IMG/VR virus record: IMGVR_UViG_3300031867_000034
Span: 15,798 to 79,797 of that record
Source: a virus
Taxonomy: Duplodnaviria; Caudoviricetes
Reading direction: 5' to 3' (one strand)
Length of the DNA: 64,000 nt
A program made the position numbers and the translations under genes. The notes under the pieces were generated by a model. It did no database searches. It was given only the letters and a program-made list of their open reading frames with translations, and had not been told where the DNA came from. Below are positions 19,321-28,381 of this stretch, one piece after another (positions within the stretch are counted from its first letter, which is position 1; each line of letters begins with the position of its first letter).

Positions 19321-19941
19321 ATGGGAATGACAAGAGAACAGATATTAGAGATTCTTGAAAACTATAAATTGCGCATACCGCCAACAGTTTTCTATGAATT
19401 AAAGGCAGATATTGTGAATTTTGAAGAGCCAACTACTAAGAATAATTTAGCGGTTGATTGTATGTCAAGCAAGATTGCAAAAGAAATGAATCTTGAAGTT
19501 GCAAACATGAAGAAAATTGTGCAAGCCTTATCCTCAGTAACGTCAACAAATAGAGAGTGCGTTGATTGTATATCAAGGGCAGATGCTTTGCGTGTGGCTA
19601 AAAATGAATATTTAAGAGGTTGGCATAATGCACTTTGCAAGGCATTGAGTGAAAAATATTCAATTCATTGTGAAGAAGGCAATTTTAGCGTAATACAAGA
19701 AGAAACTATAACAGGGTTAGGACTATCAATGAATTGTGCATTAGGTAAAGATGCTGAAAGCTATATGAGCACTATGCCCTCAGTAACACCACAAGAGCCA
19801 AAGACAAGGCATTGGATAAAAATCAAACCATATCCTTTACAGATGCACAACTACGAATGTAGTGAGTGTGGTCATGAAACAGATGATAATACAGAAAACT
19901 ATTGTAGCGAATGCGGGGCAAAAATGGAAAGCGAGGGATAA
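19321..19941 (+). CDS. Mosaic nin-region protein with C-terminal Zn ribbon
   Basis: EPTTKN, VDCISRADA and PSVTPQEP blocks shared with 61728-62189. C-terminal CSECG…YCSECGAKM. Confidence 0.65.
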   Translation: MGMTREQILEILENYKLRIPPTVFYELKADIVNFEEPTTKNNLAVDCMSSKIAKEMNLEVANMKKIVQALSSVTSTNRECVDCISRADALRVAKNEYLRGWHNALCKALSEKYSIHCEEGNFSVIQEETITGLGLSMNCALGKDAESYMSTMPSVTPQEPKTRHWIKIKPYPLQMHNYECSECGHETDDNTENYCSECGAKMESEG

Positions 19942-19943
19942 AT

Positions 19944-21264
19944 ATGGCAACATATGAAATCACAGCAGAATTGAATCTGAAAAAGATTATTGCAGAATCA
20001 AGGGAAGTTGCACAAGCCTTAAATGAGTTTGCGGATAATCTTGAACGGATTGAAAAGAAGTATGCAAAGCCACAGGAAAGTGAGGCAGACAATGGGAATA
20101 ACAATCAACATAACTGAGGGCATCAACGACTATGAATTTTATAATGTGCCGAAAAAAGTAGCAAAAGCAATAATTACACTTCTACATGAGTGTGAGAAGG
20201 AAGATAGCACTATTGTTTCAGCTATCAGTGAGAGGTAGAAGATGAAAATGACGATTGAAGAAAGTCTTGAATGGCTTATATCAAGAAAAGAACACTATGA
20301 AATGGATGATAATTGTCAAGAATTAGCGAAAGCCTTAGATATAGCTATAGATACCATGCGTAAGTATCAGAAGATAAGAGAAATAGCTTTTCCATTACAG
20401 TTTTGTTCAACAGACAAACTTGAGCATGAAGCTATTATGAAAATATGTGAGGTATTAGAAGATGGGAATAGTAATTGCACATAGGCGTTGTCCTAAATGT
20501 GGTTGTAAATGTTTTAGAAATATGAATAGGTGTTGGCATTGTGGATATAAGTTTAGACGAGGGGAATGAAAGATGGGAATGTCGATTGAGAAAGCAATAG
20601 AGATAATAAACCATTATTTAGATTATCCCAAAGAAGAAGTAAGAAAAGCCTTATTAGTAGCAATAGAAATCATGCGCAAGTATCAGAAGATAGTCGATAT
20701 AGTTTCCTTGAATGATGAAGAATTTAAACAATGTGGGTTAAAGGAATTAAAGGAAATATTGGAGGTTATAGCTGATGGTAGGAATTAAAAACTTTGTAAT
20801 GCCATATAATTGCTATGATTGTGACCTACACAATTATCATGAGTGTGATTTTACAGGAGAGTCAATAGAAGAGGATTATTGTTGGAACGGAGATAGCAGA
20901 GAAAAGCATTGTCCTCTTAGAGAAGTAGAAGCAATTCCAAAAGACCAATACGAAGCAAGATTAAAGGCTGATATGGTGGCTATGCTTACAGAGTTACAGT
21001 TGGAGATTGAGGAATTAGATACACCGAATAATGGTAGTGCCTATATGGATTGTTCAGAGATTATCCAACAGAAAATAGACAGTTTGAAAGGGGCAGACAA
21101 TGACAGTAAAAGATCTTAAAGAGCAGTTAAACAATTATCCTGATAATTTGGAAGTAATACTCACAAATGATGATGTTTTTCTGCCAGGGTTATACAAGGC
21201 AACCGAAACAAGGCAAGAAGACGGATATTTGTATATTGATACGGATTTTGAAGAGAGGATTTAA
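19944..21264 (+). other. Run of small nin-like genes (19944-20117, 20092-20238, 20242-20484, 20462-20569, 20573-20788, 20775-21119, 21100-21264)
   Basis: Overlapping, translationally coupled ORFs. 20462-20569 (35-aa Zn ribbon) and 21100-21264 were read manually. Confidence 0.6.
20092..20218 (+). repeat. Perfect direct repeat, copy 1 (identical to 63874-64000)
   Basis: 127 bp identical, starting exactly at the ATG of a 48-aa ORF. Upstream flanks differ. Confidence 0.95.
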
Positions 21265-21312
21265 CATGAAGCATTAAATTTGTCCAGGAAGTCCGACTTC
21301 CGGTTAAAAAAA

Positions 21313-21353
21313 ATAAAAAGCCCTTGGGAGCTATCTCTCAAGGGTATTATTTT
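21313..21353 (-). terminator. Terminator ending the leftward operon
   Basis: CCCTTGGGAG-CTAT-CTCTCAAGGG stem with an A-tract on its left (U-tract on the minus strand). Confidence 0.6.
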
Positions 21354-21365
21354 TGTCCTATTAAG

Positions 21366-21671
21366 TTAATCAATCCATCCAGAGTATTCTAAAACTGTTA
21401 TTTGATCGTCTGTTATAGTTTCCGGTGTTCCTGAGTTATACATGATTGCTGCAGCTATATCGTTTATTTGCCAGTCTTCGCAGCCTTGCCAGGTGTAAAC
21501 CATGCCGGTGAACGTCTCAAGATAAACAATGTCATTTGTCCGGTCAATGTCCGTCACTATAAAAGTTTGTGGATATATTGAATCTTCGCCGCTTCTCTTG
21601 GCTTTTACTGTGGTGCTTGTCATAACTAAAATGCTGCTAAGTACTAACAATGCAAATATTATTCTTTTCAT
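21366..21671 (-). CDS. Secreted/lipoprotein-like hypothetical protein
   Basis: N-terminal signal-like hydrophobic stretch. GGAGG RBS. Confidence 0.6.
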   Translation of the reverse strand: MKRIIFALLVLSSILVMTSTTVKAKRSGEDSIYPQTFIVTDIDRTNDIVYLETFTGMVYTWQGCEDWQINDIAAAIMYNSGTPETITDDQITVLEYSGWID

Positions 21672-21684
21672 GGTGTTGGCCTCC

Positions 21685-23541
21685 TTAATAATTTAAAAAA
21701 TCTCTCATTTGATTTGTTGTATATCCGGTAAGATCAGCAGTCTCTTCCTCAATCCGCCCGTTTTTCGTCCTATAGTAACTAATTGCAAAAATATGTCCGT
21801 TTTCTATAAACCAGGTCCCACAATGCAGATCAATCAATTTTGCTATTTGCTTATTTGTTAACTGTCTCATTGTTTGCCTCCAAAATTGCTAAATGCTTTT
21901 TAGCGGTCTTCAGTGTCATTGTCTTAGCATATGAATAATCATAGCTCCATTTATAACCATTTTTTGATGTGCTCATCAGGTATAAGCCCCATTTACCAGG
22001 AACGTCTGCGCCGGTTTGATGTATGACATATCCGTGACAGGTCTTTTCTAGTTCGTATTTTCTCATTTGTTGCCCTTCCTGCCGGTTTTAGGGTTGCCGG
22101 CGCCCTTTTCAATTAGTCCATCCTTACACAATACGGTATGCCGTAAATATCTCTTAAATCAGTGTTGAATGATCTGCAGTAGGCTTCTAGTTTTTCCTTT
22201 GTCTGTCTTATGTACTCCTTAACATATTGCATGTTGTCGATTTCGCTCTCTATCTCGAAAGCATTTCGGAGAAGCTCTTCCCGGTGGATCTTCAGCGATT
22301 CAATAATTTCATTTGCTGGAATCCTTTTTCCGTCCTTCAGTGCTTCAGTCTTGATGTATGCTAAATTGATTCTGTGGCTGTAGCCGTGGCGCTGGTATGT
22401 ATAAATCTCTAAACAATAATCATTTTTGCTGCAAAAAACATTGTTTTCAGTTGCTTCCTTCAGGGCCTTTTCAAGTCTGCAATTATAAACTTTTCCGTCA
22501 AAGCTCTTAATGATCTGAGTTATTGTTGGAATATACTTTGTCGCTTCTCTGTAAGCTGTGGCGCGTTCCTGGGCTTCCTTGTTGGCTGCTTCTATATCTC
22601 CGTAAAATCTCATTTTGTCTCCATTCCTCCGGGAGTCTTTAGCTGCTCCCGGTCAGCTCGTTTTATGTCCTATTAGTAAGCTACTACAGCATATTTGTTA
22701 TTGATTCTTTCAAGGATTTTGACGCCTTCAAAACCTAATGATTTATAATAATCGGCCTTATTCATGGCGCTTGTATAATCGTCTGCGAAGGGGTGCGCGT
22801 CCGGGCAATTGTCACACAGGAGAGCTTCTTCCTTTGTATAGCCGTCTGCGTTGCTTTTATAAAGCTCCATTGATGAAATATTGAAATATTTTGAGGTTGA
22901 TTCAGGTTGTTCCATGATTCCGTGAAGTGTTAGCCCTGTTATCGGATCTTTATCTATAAAATAATAATCAACTTTTACTGGGGTGCCATTCTTGTAAATG
23001 TCGGCATAAATAGCATCATAGTGATAATGCCAGTCAATATTATTTTCTTTAAAAAGCTTTATCATGGCGCTCGCTGCGGTGTATGTGAATGTAAAAGTTA
23101 AGAAGTTCACCGGCTTTTCAACCTTTTCAATGATTCCAGCATCTAACCATGCGCGTGCTGTGACTTCTGATTTTTCAAGCGGCTGATATGCAAAACTTGC
23201 AGCAGTTCCGGCTTTTCTGTATTCCTGAAGATTGTTGTCTCTTGCGATCTGTTCAGCTTTTGCGGTATATACATAATTTGTTTTCATTTGTTTTTTCTCC
23301 TTTTCTTTTAAGTGGTCCGGGGCTTTTAAGTTGCCCCGGTTGATTGTTATTTATGCCAGTTATTAAATTTTTCGATTGCTTCGGCTCTTGTCTCTGCTAT
23401 TATTTTGTCTTGGTAAAGGTCTTCGACTAAGATCCTACAAGATACCTGAGCAGGAAAATAATCGCTTGCGGGCCATTCATAATCTAAAATCAAACTTGCA
23501 AAGGCTCTTGACGCTATACATTCATTTTTTGGATTTAACAT
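21685..23541 (-). other. Leftward operon of hypothetical genes (21685-21870, 21851-22066, 22113-22613, 22673-23287, 23347-23541)
   Basis: ORF track, with RBSs. GC hairpins precede three of the genes. Confidence 0.6.
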
Positions 23542-23639
23542 TTGTTTGTCCTCCTTGTTTTGTCCTATTAGGGTTATTTGGTAAAACCTTCCGCCGGTAT
23601 CGGTCCGGTTGTGATTCTCTCCGGAAGGTGTGAAGGCTT

Positions 23640-24122
23640 TTAACCTTCAAGGGCTTTTTGCTGGTTCTCATATTGTTTGGATTCCCACATGTTGCGAAGG
23701 TCTTCCATGTTATAAACTTTTCCATTTCTCTTGTGGTATTCACCTTCGTGGAAGTACCAGGCCGCTTTTTTTGCTGAAAATCTAAAGTGTAATTCTTTTA
23801 GCTGATCCTTATATTCTTTTGTGTTACCTGTTACCCAGATCCAGAAACCAATCAGCTCAACTATGCAGCCGTTCATTTTTGTAAGTGTTCTAATCAGGTC
23901 GGCGAACTGTTCCGGTGTCTCGTCTGTTTCTTTTTCGTAAGTCTTGCCTTCATGATTCTTATGTACGTTCTTAAGTCTCTTAAATGCTTCCTGGTATTCT
24001 GAAAACATCTGTTTAAACTCTTCAGCGTTTCCGCCGTTGTCTGGGTGAAGATCCTTAGCTAACTTATGGAATGTTGCTTTAACCTCTTCAAGTGTTGTGC
24101 ACTGTGCGAAATATCTTGTCAT
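23640..24122 (-). CDS. J-domain (DnaJ-like) protein
   Basis: EEVKATFHKLAKDLHPDNGG contains the HPD motif. First gene of the leftward operon. Confidence 0.8.
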   Translation of the reverse strand: MTRYFAQCTTLEEVKATFHKLAKDLHPDNGGNAEEFKQMFSEYQEAFKRLKNVHKNHEGKTYEKETDETPEQFADLIRTLTKMNGCIVELIGFWIWVTGNTKEYKDQLKELHFRFSAKKAAWYFHEGEYHKRNGKVYNMEDLRNMWESKQYENQQKALEG

Positions 24123-24186
24123 ATCTTTGTCCTCCTATATGATTTATTTGGTTGGGTTGTTTGTTGTTTGGTTATCTTGTAAGTTA

Positions 24187-24275
24187 ATAATAAAACGTAA
24201 TGCACATTACGTCAATAAGCATATTTAACAAAATGCACATTACGGTTTTGTATATTTTGCATAATGTGCATTATG
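24187..24275. promoter_or_regulatory. Leftward promoter (TTGACG-17-TATTAT on minus) with three palindromic operators
   Basis: CGTAATG-CA-CATTACG (24196-24211), AATGCACATTACG (24232-24244), CATAATG-TG-CATTATG (24260-24275). Confidence 0.65.
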
Positions 24276-24345
24276 ATTATATGGTGTTATATTATCTTTA
24301 GGCGGTAGCTTTTCCCCTGTTTTTATATAGAGGAGGCTATAATAA

Positions 24346-24432
24346 ATGCTTTTATTTACTTATCAAGATATAATTCAGACTTGCTTATTATTAGTTGCTA
24401 TCATTGGAATAATATTGAAGGTTAAGAAATAA
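24346..24432 (+). CDS. 28-aa type I toxin-like peptide (Hol_Tox-like); not in ORF track
   Basis: MLLFTYQDIIQTCLLLVAIIGIILKVKK with AGGAGG RBS. Single TM helix with a basic tail. Confidence 0.75.
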   Translation: MLLFTYQDIIQTCLLLVAIIGIILKVKK

Positions 24433-24437
24433 AGACA

Positions 24438-24530
24438 TTAAAAAACCGCCCCAAAGTTTGGCGACTCAGGCGGTTTTTTAATAAACTGTAACTGTTAACC
24501 AATAGGGGCGAAGCTATCGCCTCTTTGTAA
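24438..24530 (-). ncRNA. Putative antisense antitoxin RNA
   Basis: Minus-strand promoter TTGAAA-17-TATATT (24563-24535). Shared bidirectional terminator at 24438-24481. Confidence 0.6.
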
Positions 24531-24577
24531 TAAAAATATATCATAATGTTAACAATTTTTCAATAAGGGGGTATTAT

Positions 24578-24811
24578 ATGCCAATAGATATAGAAAAAAG
24601 AAATAAGCGCCAATATGCTTGGGCCGTAGAAAATAAAGAGCGGCTTAATGTAATGCTAGACAAGGGAACCAGTGGAAGAATTGATAGTGTACTTACTGCC
24701 GGAGAAACAAGATCAAGCTTTATAAGGGAAGCAATAGAAAAAGAATTGTATTCTAGAGGATCAGAAAAGAAAATAGTAGTAGAAGATCCAGAGCTAAAAA
24801 ATCAAAAATAA
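24578..24811 (+). CDS. Ribbon-helix-helix (Arc-like) regulator
   Basis: KERLNVMLDKG…SSFIREAIEKEL. Confidence 0.65.
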   Translation: MPIDIEKRNKRQYAWAVENKERLNVMLDKGTSGRIDSVLTAGETRSSFIREAIEKELYSRGSEKKIVVEDPELKNQK

Positions 24812-25086
24812 AAAACTTGTGGCATGAAGGGACAGAAAATGTATTATATTGATATTGTGAGAAAGTTAAAAAATCCCCCTACATTTTTTTAACTTTAGTT
24901 GATACCCTCAAAGGCTACACTTTAGAAAGCGGAACGGAAAGCAGCTAATAATATTTTATTAGTTGCTTTTTTGTTTGCACTGGTTCAGGTGCTTCCGTTG
25001 TTCAGGATCATCCGACCAGGAAAAGAGAAAAGAAGCAAAAGAGAAAAAAATTAATAATTGTATAAAAGAACTAAGGATATAAAACT

Positions 25087-25698
25087 ATGGAAGTAAACAA
25101 CAATATTAAAATTGATCCTGAAAAACTAAATAATAAAATTGCTGCTGATCTTCCAGAAGTAAAAAGAACACCAGATGGAAAAATAGATATAAAAGCCATT
25201 GCAATTGGTACAGATGAAAAAGGCCGTTACATTATACCGGATAATATATTTGATGCTTATTTAAAAGAATTGCCTCCGGGAACTGGTAACGCTTCAAAAA
25301 CTTTTAGAGCTTACAACGGCGGCAAATTAGCACAGCTTGAAAATGATCCAGAAGAGGCTTCAAAGCGTGGAAAAGTTGGAGCACCAGCGAGTAACAAGAC
25401 GCAAGCGACACGACGAAGTATTAAGGAAATACTTGAAGAATTAAGCAAAATGACAGTTACAGCGGAAGAAGCGGAAGAATACGGATTAAAAGAAGGTACA
25501 ACGCTATTAGAGGCGGCGAACCTGGCACAGATCCGGCGAGCCATGAAGGGCGATACAAAAGCCGCCGAATATATTAGAGATACACTTGGAGAAAAACCCA
25601 CAGATAAAATTGATGCTTCAGTAACAGCCCTAACACCTGAAGACAAGGAAATGTTAGAGCGAGTATCTAAAAGACTTCAGGAAGATCCGAAAGCATAA
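25087..25698 (+). CDS. terS: Terminase small subunit (probable)
   Basis: RRSIKEILEEL…AQIRRAMKGDTKAAEYIRDTLGEKPTDKI, typical of Bacillota TerS C-termini. Confidence 0.6.
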   Translation: MEVNNNIKIDPEKLNNKIAADLPEVKRTPDGKIDIKAIAIGTDEKGRYIIPDNIFDAYLKELPPGTGNASKTFRAYNGGKLAQLENDPEEASKRGKVGAPASNKTQATRRSIKEILEELSKMTVTAEEAEEYGLKEGTTLLEAANLAQIRRAMKGDTKAAEYIRDTLGEKPTDKIDASVTALTPEDKEMLERVSKRLQEDPKA

Positions 25699-26126
25699 CC
25701 CTAATAGGACATACCACAATATATTGTGTTTTGTTCAGGATCATATATAAAAGTGTTCGATTGAAATAGAGTATAAAATACTTGAAAGCTAGATGAATAC
25801 TAGCGTTGAATGTATTTAAAAGTGTTCGATACTTATTCGCATAATTTAACATTTTGCGAAATAGTTTAAGACGATCAGTCGAAAGGTCAGAAGGTCAGAA
25901 GGTCAGAAGCCCAACGGCCCACAATATAAAACACGGATCATATATAGATGTATCTCTTTTTTATAGCGGTATATATAGCGGCGCTGCTGCAGATCTGCGG
26001 CGGTGGTGGGGCTACCCCTCCCCCATGCGCCCCAGTTGGCGAAATTTTTTTCGGGACTCCAAATGTCCACTACAAAATTTTTACCAAAAATGAAACTGTT
26101 AACACTTAATAATAGAGATAAACAAA

Positions 26127-26441
26127 ATGGCTTTAAATCAGCTTATTCCGCAATTGAATAGAAGTAGTGTTCAACCTTGGAATAATAGTAATGCATTGAC
26201 TATAAGAAAAGAGTTGGCGAATGTTCCGAGGATGGATGCTGAGTATGATTCATATTTAGATACATTGGTTAACTACAGTGCATTAAGCCCAGAAACATTG
26301 AGGATGTTGACTCAAATGGGAGTAAACAGACCTGAGACTGATGCAGTGCTTGGATATGGTGAAGATGATGCAAATGATGAATTAAACAGCATGATTTCGT
26401 TGTATAGGTATTATTTGGAGAATCTTGCCCCACAACGATAA
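26127..26441 (+). CDS. Hypothetical protein
   Basis: ORF track, 104 aa. Confidence 0.55.
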   Translation: MALNQLIPQLNRSSVQPWNNSNALTIRKELANVPRMDAEYDSYLDTLVNYSALSPETLRMLTQMGVNRPETDAVLGYGEDDANDELNSMISLYRYYLENLAPQR

Positions 26442-26628
26442 TCTTGGCATATTAAGTTTCCTTCAGGGCGTTTTGGTGTCAAAGCCAGGGCGCCTTTTAG
26501 CTTGTCATTTTTTGGTAAGCTCCTTTCGGATTGGGTTGGACAAGAGCGTGTCAAAGCGCTTTTGTCTATTAAAGTTTTGATGGAGCAAGGAACACTATTT
26601 CTTAAAAAATGGGTGGATGTGAACCTAG

Positions 26629-26904
26629 ATGAAAACTACAGTGCTTGGAATAAGACTAAATGAATATCAGAGAGATAAGCTTAAAGGAATTGCGAAAGAG
26701 AACGGCGTTATTGAGGCTGAGCTTGTTCGTATTTTGTTAGATAGGCTTATTGAAGGAAAGATACAGATAAGAAACACTGCTGTTTTTGATGGTGCAGATA
26801 TCAGTGGACTTGTAAAGCTGGCAGACAAAAAAGGAATCAGTGTTCAATTATTGATAGATGCAATTGTGGAGCAGTTGAATGAGTCTAGCGGAAATAAGAG
26901 ATAA
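26629..26904 (+). CDS. Probable RHH-type DNA-binding protein
   Basis: TTVLGIRLNEYQRDKLKGIAKENG..EAELVRILL. Confidence 0.55.
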   Translation: MKTTVLGIRLNEYQRDKLKGIAKENGVIEAELVRILLDRLIEGKIQIRNTAVFDGADISGLVKLADKKGISVQLLIDAIVEQLNESSGNKR

Positions 26905-28381
26905 AGAAATAGAGTATTGTTCGCAGCATATTGTTTATTTTGTTGAGGAATATGGGCATATTGAGGATAGAAACAGCCCTGAGATAGTTGTTAAGTTCAA
27001 TCTTTGGGATGAACAGAGACAGGCCCTTAAGGATATGCTGGCACATAAATGGACAATAATACTCAAAGCTAGACAGCTTGGTATTTCTTGGCTTGTATTG
27101 CATTATGCTTGTTGGCTGATGCTTACCCATACAGGAAGATCCATTATTGGACTTTCAAAATCAGAGACAGAGGCTAAAGAGCTTGTTCGTAGAATGGTGC
27201 TTATTCTTAGGAATATGAGGGCACTTGTCAGAGAAAAGACGGATAAGACAGGCTGGGATGGTGCTTGGTTTGATTGGAATGCCTTGTCGGTAACTATTCA
27301 CTTTCCAGGTAAAAGCGATAGTACATTTCAGTGCTTTGCTTCTGGTGAGAATGCTGCAAGATCATTTACAGCGGACCTTATTATATTTGATGAATGGGCG
27401 TTTCAGCAATTTGATAGGTCAATTTGGACTGCTGCACTCCCGGTTGTAAATAGACCGCTTTCTGGTCAAGTAATAGGCGTTTCTACTATAGCAAGAGGCT
27501 CATTGTTTGAAGAGTTGTATACGACTCCAGACAATGGGTTTTTTAAGATATTTATTCCTTGGTATGCAGATCCTACACGTACACAGGAATGGTACGACAA
27601 TACAATGAAGCTTTCAGGAAAAGCGGCTATGTGGGCTGAGTACCCAGCAACAGTAGAGGAAGCATTAGAAGTACCTGGTGGAAGATTTTTTGAAGAGGTT
27701 TCAGATAGTTCCATTCTGTCAGATACGAGGTTGACACAGAATATAGTCTGCTATGTGGCTATGGACTATGGACTGGATATGTTGGCAGCTTATTGGATTA
27801 TTAGGGATGTATTTGGTAATTCTCAGATCATTCATGAAGAGCATGAGCCAAATTTGATTATAAGTGCTGCTGCCGACAGAATTTTAAGAGTCACACAGGA
27901 ACTTATTGAAAGAGAAGAGATAACAAGGGTTGAAGATTATCTTGCACCGCCGGATTTATGGAATAGGTCACAAGAAACCGGTAAATCAAGGGCTATTTTG
28001 TTTGCTGAAGCCGGATTAAACCTTACAAAAGTAAACAATGATATGAAGGCTGGCTGTATGGCTATCAAGGAAAATACAGCGCATGGTGAAGGTCAGAAGT
28101 CAAAACTCACTATTTATAAGAATTGTGCGCCTAATCTTTTGAATAGCCTAAAGAAAATACAGCATGATGATAAAAAGCCTGACATATATGCTAAAGATCC
28201 CCATGATTTAACGCATTCTGTTGATGGACTTAGGTATTATTGCATCTTTTGGACGCATGGTGGAAAGGTTCAGAAAGAGAATAAACGTAAAAAATGGCGT
28301 AAAGATCAGTGGGAAGACTATAAAAACGCTAATCTGAAGGATAAACAATACCTAATTAGTATATGGGGAGAACCTTACTAA
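26879..28381 (+). CDS. terL: Terminase large subunit
   Basis: Walker A IILKARQLGISW, Walker B LIIFDEWAF, nuclease AMDYG…HSVDGLRY. Confidence 0.92.
   Translation: MSLAEIRDKEIEYCSQHIVYFVEEYGHIEDRNSPEIVVKFNLWDEQRQALKDMLAHKWTIILKARQLGISWLVLHYACWLMLTHTGRSIIGLSKSETEAKELVRRMVLILRNMRALVREKTDKTGWDGAWFDWNALSVTIHFPGKSDSTFQCFASGENAARSFTADLIIFDEWAFQQFDRSIWTAALPVVNRPLSGQVIGVSTIARGSLFEELYTTPDNGFFKIFIPWYADPTRTQEWYDNTMKLSGKAAMWAEYPATVEEALEVPGGRFFEEVSDSSILSDTRLTQNIVCYVAMDYGLDMLAAYWIIRDVFGNSQIIHEEHEPNLIISAAADRILRVTQELIEREEITRVEDYLAPPDLWNRSQETGKSRAILFAEAGLNLTKVNNDMKAGCMAIKENTAHGEGQKSKLTIYKNCAPNLLNSLKKIQHDDKKPDIYAKDPHDLTHSVDGLRYYCIFWTHGGKVQKENKRKKWRKDQWEDYKNANLKDKQYLISIWGEPY

Noticed and set aside
20092-20218. 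Terminal repeat of one single phage
   Set aside because: The repeat is internal, and the window has two lysis, two fibre and two replication modules of different types.
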